Source: an uncultured archaeon
GTDB lineage: Archaea > Thermoproteota > Nitrososphaeria > Nitrososphaerales > Gagatemarchaeaceae
Reading direction: 5' to 3'
NCBI GenBank assembly: GCA_963799775.1
Contig: CAWCYD010000003.1
Location: forward strand, 672,001 to 736,000
DNA length: 64,000 nucleotides
Notes under the pieces: model-generated
What the model was told of the DNA's origin: nothing
The model's input: the letters and a program-made list of their open reading frames with translations, nothing else
Databases searched by the model: none
Shown: piece by piece, positions 21,379 to 30,715 of the stretch
Layout: each line of letters opens with the position of its first letter
How positions within the stretch are numbered: position 1 is the stretch's first letter
Made by a program: the position numbers and the translations under genes

Positions 21379-21816
21379 TGCGTGACCTGCGGGATCCTCC
21401 TTACAGAAGAGAATTGGACGCTCGGGAACTGAAGAAGGCGCTACCGAACCTGCAAATATTGTCACGCTGCCAGGGTGAGGGCCTATTATCGCGAGCACAA
21501 GACGGAAAGGAACGACTACTCGCGTAGGCATCGTGAGAAAGCGAAACTTGCAGTGCTGTCTCATTACGGAGGAGATCCACCTCATTGCAAATGCTGCAGA
21601 ATCTCAGACATTGAATTTCTGACGTTAGATCATTTGAATGATGACGGCGCCAAGCATCGACGAGATATCGGCTATCCTAATTCGGGCCACTTCTACTTCT
21701 GGTTGATCAAGAACGGCTATCCTGCCGAGGTTCCGCTTCAAGTGTTATGTTGGAACTGCCAATGGGGCAAGAAAAGCAAAAGAGGATGCCCACACGCTAT
21801 GACCCAGAGTAACTAG
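21379..21816 (+). CDS. Small HNH-like endonuclease; N-terminal Zn finger cut off by an in-frame TGA (possible pseudogene)
   Basis: CKCC...FLTLDHLNDDG...LQVLCWNCQWGK in ORF 21475..21816; same frame upstream reads CVTCGILLTEENWTLGN*RRRYRTCKYCH with TGA at 21430-32. Confidence 0.72.
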
Positions 21817-21818
21817 TC

Positions 21819-21938
21819 TTGGGCGACGAATACTGCTATTGCGGGACAAAGATGGTCCAGATCCAGAGTTGCCGATATCGGTGCCCGAACTGCGGGGCCC
21901 TGCTGGATTGCGAGGACGTCTCCGGCCTCCCAAAGTAG
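21819..21938 (+). CDS. 39-aa CPxCG zinc-finger microprotein MGDEYCYCGTKMVQIQSCRYRCPNCGALLDCEDVSGLPK
   Basis: Hand translation TTG 21819 to TAG 21938; six Cys including CPNCG; below the ORF-track cutoff. Confidence 0.75.
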   Translation: MGDEYCYCGTKMVQIQSCRYRCPNCGALLDCEDVSGLPK

Positions 21939-22006
21939 TCTTGCGATTGGATTTTTCAAGCGCGCGCTTATAGCCATCTCTCAGAGGAGCCTTCAGCAGC
22001 GAGAGA

Positions 22007-23030
22007 ATGAAGGCGGCCCTGGTGGGTGCGGCTGGAGAGGTGAAGATGGAGGAGTGTCACCGACCCTGTCCCCGCGGAGGGCGAGGTCTTGGTCAAACTC
22101 AAGTGCTGTGGCGTCTGCGGCACAGACCTCGAGAAGGTCCAGGGCGTCGGCATCACGACGAAGATCTTGGGGCACGAGGCCGTGGGCGAGGTGGAGGAGG
22201 TCGGGAGGGGCGTGTCGAACGTCGAGAGAGGGATGCGCGTGTTCGCCCACCATCACGTCCCCTGCCTTTCGTGCGACATCTGCCGCCGCGGCAAGACAAC
22301 CTACTGCGCGGAGTTCGCGAGGCACAATCTCGTGCCCTGCGGCCTGGCCGAGAGGTTCTTGGTCCCGAAGTTCAACGTCGAAAGGGGGGCCGTGATCGAG
22401 CTCCCCGAGGCTCTGGACTACGAAGAGGGGAGCTTCATCGAGCCTCTGTCGTGCTGCATCCTCGGGATGGACAACGCGCGCGGTGCGTCAGCCCGCTCCG
22501 CCGTCATCTATGGCGCAGGCCCAGTCGGCCTGATGATCTACAAGCTTCTCTCCCTCGCCAAAGTCCCGAAGATCGCGGTGGGGGACGTGAGCGAATACAG
22601 GAACTCGTTCGCAACGAAGCTCGGTTGCGAGCTCGTCTTCAACCCGGCGAACCAGGAGGAGACGGAGAGGACGCTCGGCAATGCGATGCCAGGCGGCCCC
22701 GAGCTCATCGTGGTCGCGACCGCGAGCACGGCCGCGTTCGAGGAGGCGACCCGGAGGGCAGCCAGGGGAGGGACGGTCCTGCTCTTCGGCGCACCGAAGA
22801 GAGGTGCGACCGCGACCATCGACCTGGCTAGGCTCTTCCTGAACGGGACATGGTTGGTCACGAGCTACGCATCGAGCGAGAAGGAGACACAGGAAGCGAC
22901 GAAGCTTCTCGCCCAGGGGTCTCTCGAGGTGACCGACCTCATCACCCACAGGTTCCCTCTCGCCGACTCGGAGAAGGCGTTCGCCGCAGCGGGCCAGCAG
23001 CAGTGCATGAAGGCCCTGATATCGGATTGA
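22007..23030 (+). CDS. Zn-dependent (MDR) polyol/sugar alcohol dehydrogenase; frameshift near 22060
   Basis: GVCGTD, GHE, CxxCxxC...C structural Zn site, IEPLSC, GAGPVG. Confidence 0.9.
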
Positions 23031-23037
23031 TCGCTGG

Positions 23038-24089
23038 ATGAGGCCCAAGACCGCCGCTGGACGAGCGAAGGCGCACCCCGTCGCCAAGAGCGAGGCCGAC
23101 CCGAACACGCAGACGATCCTCAGCGTCTTGAAGACGTATCCCGCGAACGAGGTGGCCATCATAGGCTGCAACACGGCGCACATCGGCAGGAAGAGCTGTG
23201 AATACGACCTGCTCGTTGTGAGCAAGGACCCGACGCCGCCAAAATATGTGAAGGCGGGGGACGTCTACGCGGAGATAGTCTTCAGGTCTGAGAGGGAGCT
23301 GAGGAGTCCAGACCCGGAGCTCAGCGTCTCGCTGGCAAGGTCGACCATCTTGAGGGACGGGTCGCTCCTCCTGGCAGGGGTGGTAGCCGGCTGCCAAAGC
23401 AAGGAACTGGAGAACTGCGCAAAGGCTGCCGAGTCCCGTCTCGCCTCTGCGCTGAAGGCCCTCGGAAGGGTCGACGCCGAGGTCGCACACGACGTGACTG
23501 AAGCTGACTTTTGGCTGACGTCGGCTGCGATCGACTTCGCCATGTCTGAGATCTTCTTCAGCCTCCAGATCCCTTCGCCGAGCCACCTCTTCTCGCAGAT
23601 GAAGGCCCTCTCGAACAAAAAGTCGGCGAGCTTCAAGGAGTGGACCGAGGCCTCGGGCTTCACACTCGCGACGAAGGCGTCCTGCGAGAACAGGCTCGAG
23701 ACGCTCGGCGTCCTCTACGACGTGTTGCGCACGACGTCGATGGACATGCCGATGTCCTTGAGGTTCGGGAGGTTTCGGTCGGAGGACGCCATCTCCATAG
23801 TGAAGGGAAAGGCGACGGAGCTGCTACGGTCGCTCGAGACGATCGAGTGCTACTCCTACCTCGGCTACGAGGTCGTGAGGACCGTCCTCGACCTGCACGC
23901 GCTCCACTGCTACGTCCTCAAGAAGGAGCCCGACTACTCCAACATAATCGGCGAGCTGACGGAAGGACCGAGAGGCTGATCTCCGAGGAGCTCCTGAAGG
24001 GGATGGGCATAGTGAGGCAGCCGGAGCTCATGAAGGCTGGGGCGGACTCGTTGAGGGCCGCTATCTCGACCCTCGCGACGAAGATCTGA
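23038..24089 (+). CDS. Hypothetical protein with degenerate nucleotidyltransferase-like N-terminus; frameshift near 23970
   Basis: AIIGC...SCEYDLLVV resembles the hG[GS]...DhD NTase motif; helical C-terminus. Confidence 0.55.
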
Positions 24090-24103
24090 GCGGGGTATCC
24101 GGG

Positions 24104-25039
24104 ATGTGCCGTGTCGGAGTCGTCAAGGGCGATGAACTCCTGAGGTACTCGTTCCCCCCTCCGCACCCGTTCAACTCCTCCAGGACCGTGGCATTCTGGA
24201 AAGGGCTCGGCAGGATGAAGCTTGGCGAGGTCGACCTCGAGCCGGAGAGGGCGGACGAAGAGATGATCGAGCTGTTCCACGAGCCGGCGCACGTCGAGTT
24301 CGTCAGGAAAGCTTCGACGCTCGGATATGGCTATCTCGACGAAGGCGACACGCCCGCCTTCGAGGGCGTGCTCGAGGCCACGGAGTTCGCCGTCGGTTCG
24401 ACCGCCTCCTGCGTGGAGCGCGTGGCGAACGGGGAGATCGACCATGGCTTCAATCCGGTCGGAGGGCTCCACCACGCACGGCCCGACCGCTCCGCGGGCT
24501 TCTGCGTATTCAACGACATCGGTGTGGCGGTGAGACTGTTGAGAAAGCGGGGGGTGAAGAGGATCCTCTACGTGGACATCGACGTGCATCACGGCGACGG
24601 CGTCTTCTATCCGTTCGAGAGCGACCCTGACACATTCATCTTCGATGTCCACGAGGACGGGCGGTTCCTCTATCCGGGGACCGGCCGCCAAGACGAGACG
24701 GGAAAGGGCGTCGCTGTCGGGACGAAACTCAACGTCGCCTTGCTTCCCGGGGAAGGAGACGAGCGATTGAAGGACGTCATCCCAAGACTTGAGGCTTTCG
24801 CAGCCAAATCGGAGCCTGACTTCGTCATACTCCAGTGCGGCGCGGACGGTTTGGCAGGGGGCCCGATAGGCGGGCTCAACTACTCTCCCGAGTTTCATAG
24901 GACGGTGACGCAAACGCTGCATTTGTTTTCACACGAAGTTTGCAGTGGAAGGATGGTGGCCCTCGGAGGAGGCGGCTACGACCCGGAGAACTGCGCGCGG
25001 GCCTGGACAGCAGTGGTTCGAACACTTATCGAGAAGTAA
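24104..25039 (+). CDS. Zn-dependent deacetylase (HDAC/AcuC family)
   Basis: HPF, GDTP, GGLHHA, GFCVFND, DIDVHHGDG, QCGAD, GGGGY. Confidence 0.93.
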   Translation: MCRVGVVKGDELLRYSFPPPHPFNSSRTVAFWKGLGRMKLGEVDLEPERADEEMIELFHEPAHVEFVRKASTLGYGYLDEGDTPAFEGVLEATEFAVGSTASCVERVANGEIDHGFNPVGGLHHARPDRSAGFCVFNDIGVAVRLLRKRGVKRILYVDIDVHHGDGVFYPFESDPDTFIFDVHEDGRFLYPGTGRQDETGKGVAVGTKLNVALLPGEGDERLKDVIPRLEAFAAKSEPDFVILQCGADGLAGGPIGGLNYSPEFHRTVTQTLHLFSHEVCSGRMVALGGGGYDPENCARAWTAVVRTLIEK

Positions 25040-25129
25040 GTACCTTAAAATTCCAAATCTTGGAATATTTGTAGTGATAAATGAAGAATCCGATATATAG
25101 GCTTAAGTCCTAGTATACGTTGTCAGAAG

Positions 25130-25339
25130 ATGAACAGGGGCATGAGCAACCACCTGCAACCGCAACCTAGGCCAACGAAAACTAGCAGTTGCAGTTTCTG
25201 CGGACGGACTCTGGGCCAAGAGTACTACTTCACCTGTCACGTCTGCGGTGCCAAGTACTGCTACATCCACATGTATAGGCACGGCAAGGCGCACAGGGTG
25301 CCGGCGTCAGCGACGCCAGCTGCGATACTGGTCGAGTGA
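25130..25339 (+). CDS. Small AN1-like zinc-finger protein
   Basis: CSFC...FTCHVCGAKYCYIH...H; AT-rich promoter upstream. Confidence 0.7.
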   Translation: MNRGMSNHLQPQPRPTKTSSCSFCGRTLGQEYYFTCHVCGAKYCYIHMYRHGKAHRVPASATPAAILVE

Positions 25340-25358
25340 CCCCTCGGCCACCGAACGG

Positions 25359-25844
25359 TCACCCGGTCTTCTGTTTTCGGAGTTCCAAAGCCGCTTGTCG
25401 GACTGATTTCACTATGTTCTGGTAACCGGTGCACCTGCAGAGGTTGCCGCTCAGGCCCTGCCTGATCTCTTGGTCGGACGGCGCGGGGTTCTCCTTCAAG
25501 AGGAACGCGATCTGCATGACCATCCCCGGAGTGCAGTAGCCGCACTGGAGGCCGTGGTTGTCCCAAAAGGCGCGTTGAATCGGGTGGAGGCCCCCTTGCG
25601 CATCCTGCAGGCCCTCTATGGTGGTGATCTCCCTCCCGTCGGCCTGGACGGCGAACATCGTGCACGACTTCGCCGACGCTCCGTCAAGTAGGATGGTGCA
25701 GGCGCCGCAGTTTGAGGTGTCGCATCCGACATGAGTCCCGGTGAGGCCAAGCGACTCGCGCAGGAAATGGACGAGCAGGAGCCTCGGCTCGACCAGCTTT
25801 GTGACCTTGCTGCCGTTGACCGTGACAGTGATCGTGGATTTCAT
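25359..25844 (-). CDS. coxS: 2Fe-2S subunit of a CoxSML/xanthine-oxidase-family molybdoenzyme
   Basis: [35 protein letters not shown]. Confidence 0.92.
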   Translation of the reverse strand: MKSTITVTVNGSKVTKLVEPRLLLVHFLRESLGLTGTHVGCDTSNCGACTILLDGASAKSCTMFAVQADGREITTIEGLQDAQGGLHPIQRAFWDNHGLQCGYCTPGMVMQIAFLLKENPAPSDQEIRQGLSGNLCRCTGYQNIVKSVRQAALELRKQKTG

Positions 25845-25857
25845 CTTCTCGAGCTCC

Positions 25858-26755
25858 CTATGCCTTCGCTCCTTTGGCCCTCGCGACAGCCGCCTCGATT
25901 GCCCTGGCCGTGAACACCCTCGCCATCGCTCGTTTGTAGTCTGCTGACCCCCTGAGAGGGTCGTCCGTGGGAGAGCTCTCGCTCGCTGCCGCGGAGGAGG
26001 CTTCGGCGATGACATCGTTCGTCATGGTCTTGCCTGTCAGGCACTTCTCGGCCCTCGACGCTCTGAGGCTCTTCGATGCGAGCCCGGTCAGTCCGATGCC
26101 CGCACACGAGCACCGTCCGTCCTTAGACCCGTCAAGAGAGACCTGCGCGGCCACTCCGACCGTCGCGAAGTCGCCCGCCTTCCTCTCGAGCTTCATGTAG
26201 GCGCCGCCACTCCTAGAGCCTGGTGGTATCGGGACGGAGATCTCCATTATCAGTTCGTCCTCGCTCAGGGCCGTCGTGAACGTGTCGACGAGGAAGTCAT
26301 CTATCGAGATCGACCTCCTTCCCGACGGGCCGACAGCCACAACCCCGCCCCGCAACGCCAGGACCGCCGCCCCCATGTCGCCGCTTGGGTCTGAGTGGGC
26401 GAGTGAGCCGCCTATCGTCCCCAGATTGCGGACCTGAGGGTCGCCGATAGAGGACGCCACCTCCGACAGCAGAGGGCACCTTCCTTCTCACCAAGGGAGA
26501 GGTCTCGAGCGCGTGGTGCCTCGTCAGGGCCCCGATACGGAGCAGCTTGCCGTCTGGGCTCTCTTCGACGTACTCGAGCCCCTTCACTCTGTTGATGTCC
26601 ACTATCACTCCAGGGGAGGCTAGCCTCATCTTCATGAGCGGGATGAGGCTCATCCCGCCCGCGAGCACCTTCGCGTCTCCTCGGTGCTCATGGAGCAGGC
26701 TCACCGCCTCTTCGACCGAGCTGGGAGAGAAGTACTGGAAGGCGCGCGGGACCAA
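25858..26755 (-). CDS. coxM: FAD-binding medium subunit of a CoxSML-family enzyme; frameshift near 26470
   Basis: [47 protein letters not shown]. Confidence 0.9.
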
Positions 26756-26811
26756 CGTGTGAACACGAAGCAGGCCCGAGTTCGGGATAAAACTATTCTG
26801 CGCTCTCCGCT

Positions 26812-27693
26812 TCAGTCGACCCGAGGAGAGGAGGCGCTGCGTCGGTCCTCGTGCACCTTTCCAAGGTATGCAGAGTGGGGTATGTGCTTGCCCCTCTGGG
26901 TCGCGATCACGTCTGCGATTATGCTCACGACCACCTCTTCCGGAGTGACCGCGCCGATGTCGACGCCGATGGGAGAGTGGAGCGACTCGATGAATCTCTC
27001 GTCGACCCCTCTCTTCCTCAGCTGCTCCACGTCCTCGACGACCCGCTGCATGCTCGCTAGCATGCCCACGAACCTCACCTTCTTCTTGGAGAGCAGCTCG
27101 AGGGTGGGCACGTCCCGCTCCCCCTTGGTGAGCACCACGACCGAGTCCGTCTCCAGAAAGTTGAACTTGGCCAGGTCGTAGTCTAGGTCGGTTATCAGCT
27201 CGTCGGGCTCTTCCGTCAATACAGGAAGGTGGTCGATGACCACCGTCTCGTATCCCATTGTCTTTCCGAGCTTCACCAGTCCTTCCTCGACGTCGTCCTT
27301 CCCTCCCTGCCCTATGAGTACCAGCCTGTTGGCGGGAAGGTAAGGCTCCACGTAGATCTCCATCATCCCCCCGCAGTTCGTCTCGACATAAACTTCGTCT
27401 GGGGACGGATTCTTCAGCGTGCCCTCGATGGCGGACATCGCATCCTCCAGGTGGACCTTCACGATCCTCGCCTTCCCAGTCCTCAGAGCGTCCTGGGCCA
27501 TCGTCGCGACTGCAGACTCTGGACACACCCCGCCTATCGTGCCGAAGATTATCCTGCCATCCCTGGAGATGACCGCCTTGAACCCGGGCTTGCCGAGAGA
27601 TGAGCCCTCGATGCGCACGACCGTGGCCACGACGAATGGCTCCCTCCTCTCCGCCATCTCGTCGATGAAACGAGTGAAGTCGTGCTGCTTCAA
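26812..27693 (-). CDS. XdhC/CoxF-type molybdenum cofactor insertion chaperone
   Basis: ATVVRIEGSS, GTIGGVCPE, CGG, VGMLAS, SPIGVDIGAVTPEEV. Confidence 0.9.
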   Translation of the reverse strand: MKQHDFTRFIDEMAERREPFVVATVVRIEGSSLGKPGFKAVISRDGRIIFGTIGGVCPESAVATMAQDALRTGKARIVKVHLEDAMSAIEGTLKNPSPDEVYVETNCGGMMEIYVEPYLPANRLVLIGQGGKDDVEEGLVKLGKTMGYETVVIDHLPVLTEEPDELITDLDYDLAKFNFLETDSVVVLTKGERDVPTLELLSKKKVRFVGMLASMQRVVEDVEQLRKRGVDERFIESLHSPIGVDIGAVTPEEVVVSIIADVIATQRGKHIPHSAYLGKVHEDRRSASSPRVD

Positions 27694-27858
27694 GCCTGTC
27701 TGGATTTTGGGGCGTCAGCCTATTTATCGATATTCTCTGAAACGCGCTCATCAGGGATGAGAGCAGGAGATGAGGCCCGAATCTCGGAATACGCTTAATT
27801 ACTTCAACCGAAAAGGAAAACGCACCGAAGGGGAGACTGCGGTAGGAAGTGATAACGG

Positions 27859-28209
27859 ATGAGTTTCGGACAAAGTGGAGGCGGCTACGGTAGCCGCGGT
27901 GGATTCGGCAGCAGAGACAGCAGCTCCAATTCCTTCAAGCCAAAGCCAGTCGAGGTCGGTAAGGAGTACGACGTCACCATCTCAGACACCAGCAGGCGAG
28001 GCGACGGCATCGCGAAGATCGACGGGTTCGTGATCTTCGTCGCCGGCGGGAAGCAAGGACAGACAGCCAGGATCAAGGTCACCCAGGTCTCGGACCGGTT
28101 TGCGACGGGCACCGTGGTCGGGGGTTCTGGGTCGGCTCCGGTCTCAGAGAGCGGAGAGTTCCCTGAGCCCAGAGAGATGGCTGAGGAATTGGAAGAATCC
28201 GACGAATAG
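27859..28209 (+). CDS. Single-TRAM-domain RNA-binding protein
   Basis: PVEVGKEYDVTI...RGDGIAKIDGFVIFV; G/S/R-rich N-terminus and acidic tail. Confidence 0.9.
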   Translation: MSFGQSGGGYGSRGGFGSRDSSSNSFKPKPVEVGKEYDVTISDTSRRGDGIAKIDGFVIFVAGGKQGQTARIKVTQVSDRFATGTVVGGSGSAPVSESGEFPEPREMAEELEESDE

Positions 28210-28321
28210 GCGCGCGGGTACGCGATCATGCAGAGGTTGTTCATCGTCAAGAGGCAACCTCCTCCCTCGATTCTAGGTCAAGCATATCTACGAAGACGAT
28301 GCGCAGACGAGGCGCGTCGCG

Positions 28322-28729
28322 ATGATCAAAGTCTTCACCGATGGAAGAGCTGAGCCCAACCCTGGGCTCGGGACTTTCGGTTTCGTGGTCTACGAGTCAG
28401 GCAAGCGACTTCATCACGAGCACGGTGTGGTCGGGGAGCAGGTGACCAACAACTATGCGGAGTATCATTGCCTGGTGAAGGCACTTGGATACCTGCTCGC
28501 GCGGAAGGACGAGGAAATCGAGGTGCTCTCAGACTCCAGCCTCCTGGTCAATCAGATGAAAGGCGACTGGAAGATAAAGAGGGGGGCCTACCGCGACGAG
28601 TACGTAAAGGCGAAGAAGCTTGCGTCGAGCTTCTCGAGGCTCAGGTTCCGCTGGATCCCTAGGGAGGAGAACACCGAGGCTGATGAGCTGACGAATATCG
28701 CTTTCGCAGAAGCCCGGCGCAAAGGATAA
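28322..28729 (+). CDS. rnhA: Ribonuclease HI
   Basis: VFTDG..EPNPG, TNNYAEY, SDSSLLVNQM, WIPREENTEADEL. Confidence 0.92.
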   Translation: MIKVFTDGRAEPNPGLGTFGFVVYESGKRLHHEHGVVGEQVTNNYAEYHCLVKALGYLLARKDEEIEVLSDSSLLVNQMKGDWKIKRGAYRDEYVKAKKLASSFSRLRFRWIPREENTEADELTNIAFAEARRKG

Positions 28730-28763
28730 TATCACTGCCGGCCCCGCAAGGGCTCGAACCTTA

Positions 28764-29610
28764 ATGGACTATGGGCTGAAGAACAGGATGTCGAGGATGA
28801 TCAGGCCCTCTGACTGGGCATTCGGTCATGCTGGCTTGCGACCACGGCTACTTCATGGGGCCTACGAGGAAGCTCGAGAACCCGCGAAGCACCATCGCTC
28901 CACTGGTCCCCTACGCGGATGTCGTCTCGGTCACCCGCGGGATACTAAGGAGCTCCGTCGACCCAGAGTGGGACATCCCGATCCTGTTGCGCGTCTCAGG
29001 GGGGACCAGCATCCTCCAGGACGACCTCAGCAACGAGGGCATCACCACGTCCATGAAGGATGCGGTCCGCCTCAACGCGACCGCGGTCTCGATCTCGATC
29101 TTCGTCGGGGCCCCCAACGAGAAGCAGACTCTCCTCAACCTTGGCAGGCTCGTCGACGAGGGAGAGGAATACGGGATGCCGGTGATGGCGATAACAGCCG
29201 TCGGGAAGGAGCTTGAGAAGAGGGACGACAGATACCTCGCCCTGGCCTGCAGGATAGGAGCGGAGCTGGGCGCGCACATGGTGAAGACATACTACTGCGA
29301 AGGTTTCTCCCGGGTCGTGGAAGGATGCCCCGTGCCGCTCGTCGTGGCGGGAGGCCCGAAGCTCAACACGGAGGCGGACGTCTTCCAACTGGTCTACAAG
29401 GCGATCCAGGAAGGAGCGGTGGGAGTGGACATGGGAAGGAACATCTGGCAGAACGACAACCCCGTCGCCGTGATAAAGGCGATAAACGCCATTGTCCATG
29501 AAGACGCCACGGACAAGGAGGCGCTCGAGGTCTTCAACCAATCCAAGGGCACCGTGGAAGAGCTCGCCAATCCGCCGTCGTCCCGGCCGGCAAAGACCCG
29601 CAGGCGCTGA
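28764..29610 (+). CDS. lsrF: LsrF-like class I (DhnA) aldolase/thiolase; frameshift near 28815
   Basis: MDYGLKNRMSR, ACDHGYFMGPT, ELGAHMVKTYY, AGGPK, GVDMGRNIWQ. Confidence 0.85.
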
Positions 29611-29697
29611 GGCCTCAGTGCTGTCTGGTGGAGCTCTTGACCCGAGGTCTCCAGCTTCAGCATTGTTTTTACCATTGAGAGAAGGACGCTAGGCACC

Positions 29698-30705
29698 GTG
29701 GCGGAACGGGAAGGGATGAAAGTCGGCGTCGGCGTGATCGGTGCCGGCAGAATCGGGAAGATCCACGCCACGAATCTCGCCAGAGAATGCCCTAACGCCA
29801 AGCTCGTAGCCATTGCGGACGTCGCGGAGGACGCTGCAAGAAAGCTGGCGGCGGAGTTCGGGGTGACCAACGTCTTCACCGACTACTTGAGGCTGGTCGA
29901 GAACCGAGAAGTGCAGGCCGTGGTGATCGCGACCCCGACCTTGATCAAGCCGCAGATAGTCAAGTTCGCGTGCGAGGCCGGGAAGCACATCTTCTGCGAA
30001 AAGCCGATCGCCACGGCGCTCCACGAGGCCGAACAGGTGGTCAAGTCCTCCCAAAAATCGCCTGCCAAGTTCCAGGTCGGCTACCAGAGGCGCTTCGACC
30101 CTCTGCACGTCAAGATCAAGCGTGCCATAGAGTCCGGGGAGATAGGCAACGTAGTCTTGGTGAAGTCCAACACCCGCGACCCCGCCCCCAACCCGTCGCA
30201 GTGGCCCGACCTCAAGAACAGCGGTGGCATATTCGTGGACAGTGCGAGCCACGACTACGACGTCGTGAGGTGGCTCTGCTCGAGCGAGGTGAGCAGGGTG
30301 GAGGCAGACGGCTCGCCCAGGTCGCTTCCCGACCAGCACACCGTCGTCACCAACCTCTCGATGGCAAACGGGATGCTCGCACAGGTCGACGCGAGCAGGA
30401 TGTCCAGCTACGGATACGACGTTAGGGTGGAGGTGCTGGGCACCAAGGGTGCGATATTCACAAAGCCGGACGGAGCCAGCGACCTGCGAATCCTGAAGGG
30501 GCCGCAGGAGGCGCTCCTGACCTACAACTGGTATCCCGACCGCTTCAGGGAGGCGTACAGGCTCGAGATGGAGTCGTTCTTGGACTGCATCGTCAAGGAC
30601 GGCGAGAGCAAGGTGACAGCTCTCGATGGCAAGGCCGCGGTGGAGATCGCCGCCGCCGCGCGCAAGTCCATGCAGGAAGGCAAGTCTGTCAACCTCCCGC
30701 TGTGA
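29698..30705 (+). CDS. iolG: Gfo/Idh/MocA oxidoreductase (inositol 2-dehydrogenase-like)
   Basis: IGAGRIG, FCEKP, VGYQRRFD, RDP, SGGIFVDSASHDYD, YGYDVRVEV. Confidence 0.82.
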   Translation: MAEREGMKVGVGVIGAGRIGKIHATNLARECPNAKLVAIADVAEDAARKLAAEFGVTNVFTDYLRLVENREVQAVVIATPTLIKPQIVKFACEAGKHIFCEKPIATALHEAEQVVKSSQKSPAKFQVGYQRRFDPLHVKIKRAIESGEIGNVVLVKSNTRDPAPNPSQWPDLKNSGGIFVDSASHDYDVVRWLCSSEVSRVEADGSPRSLPDQHTVVTNLSMANGMLAQVDASRMSSYGYDVRVEVLGTKGAIFTKPDGASDLRILKGPQEALLTYNWYPDRFREAYRLEMESFLDCIVKDGESKVTALDGKAAVEIAAAARKSMQEGKSVNLPL

Positions 30706-30715
30706 GCGCCCTGAC

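Noticed and set aside
21430-21432. In-frame TGA as selenocysteine recoding
   Set aside because: The position is not in a Cys motif and no selenoprotein context or SECIS is evident; a nonsense mutation or base error is simpler.
21475-21816. HNH protein as IscB/Cas9-like RNA-guided nuclease
   Set aside because: Far too short, and lacks PLMP and RuvC motifs; kept only as a small HNH with a possible associated structure.
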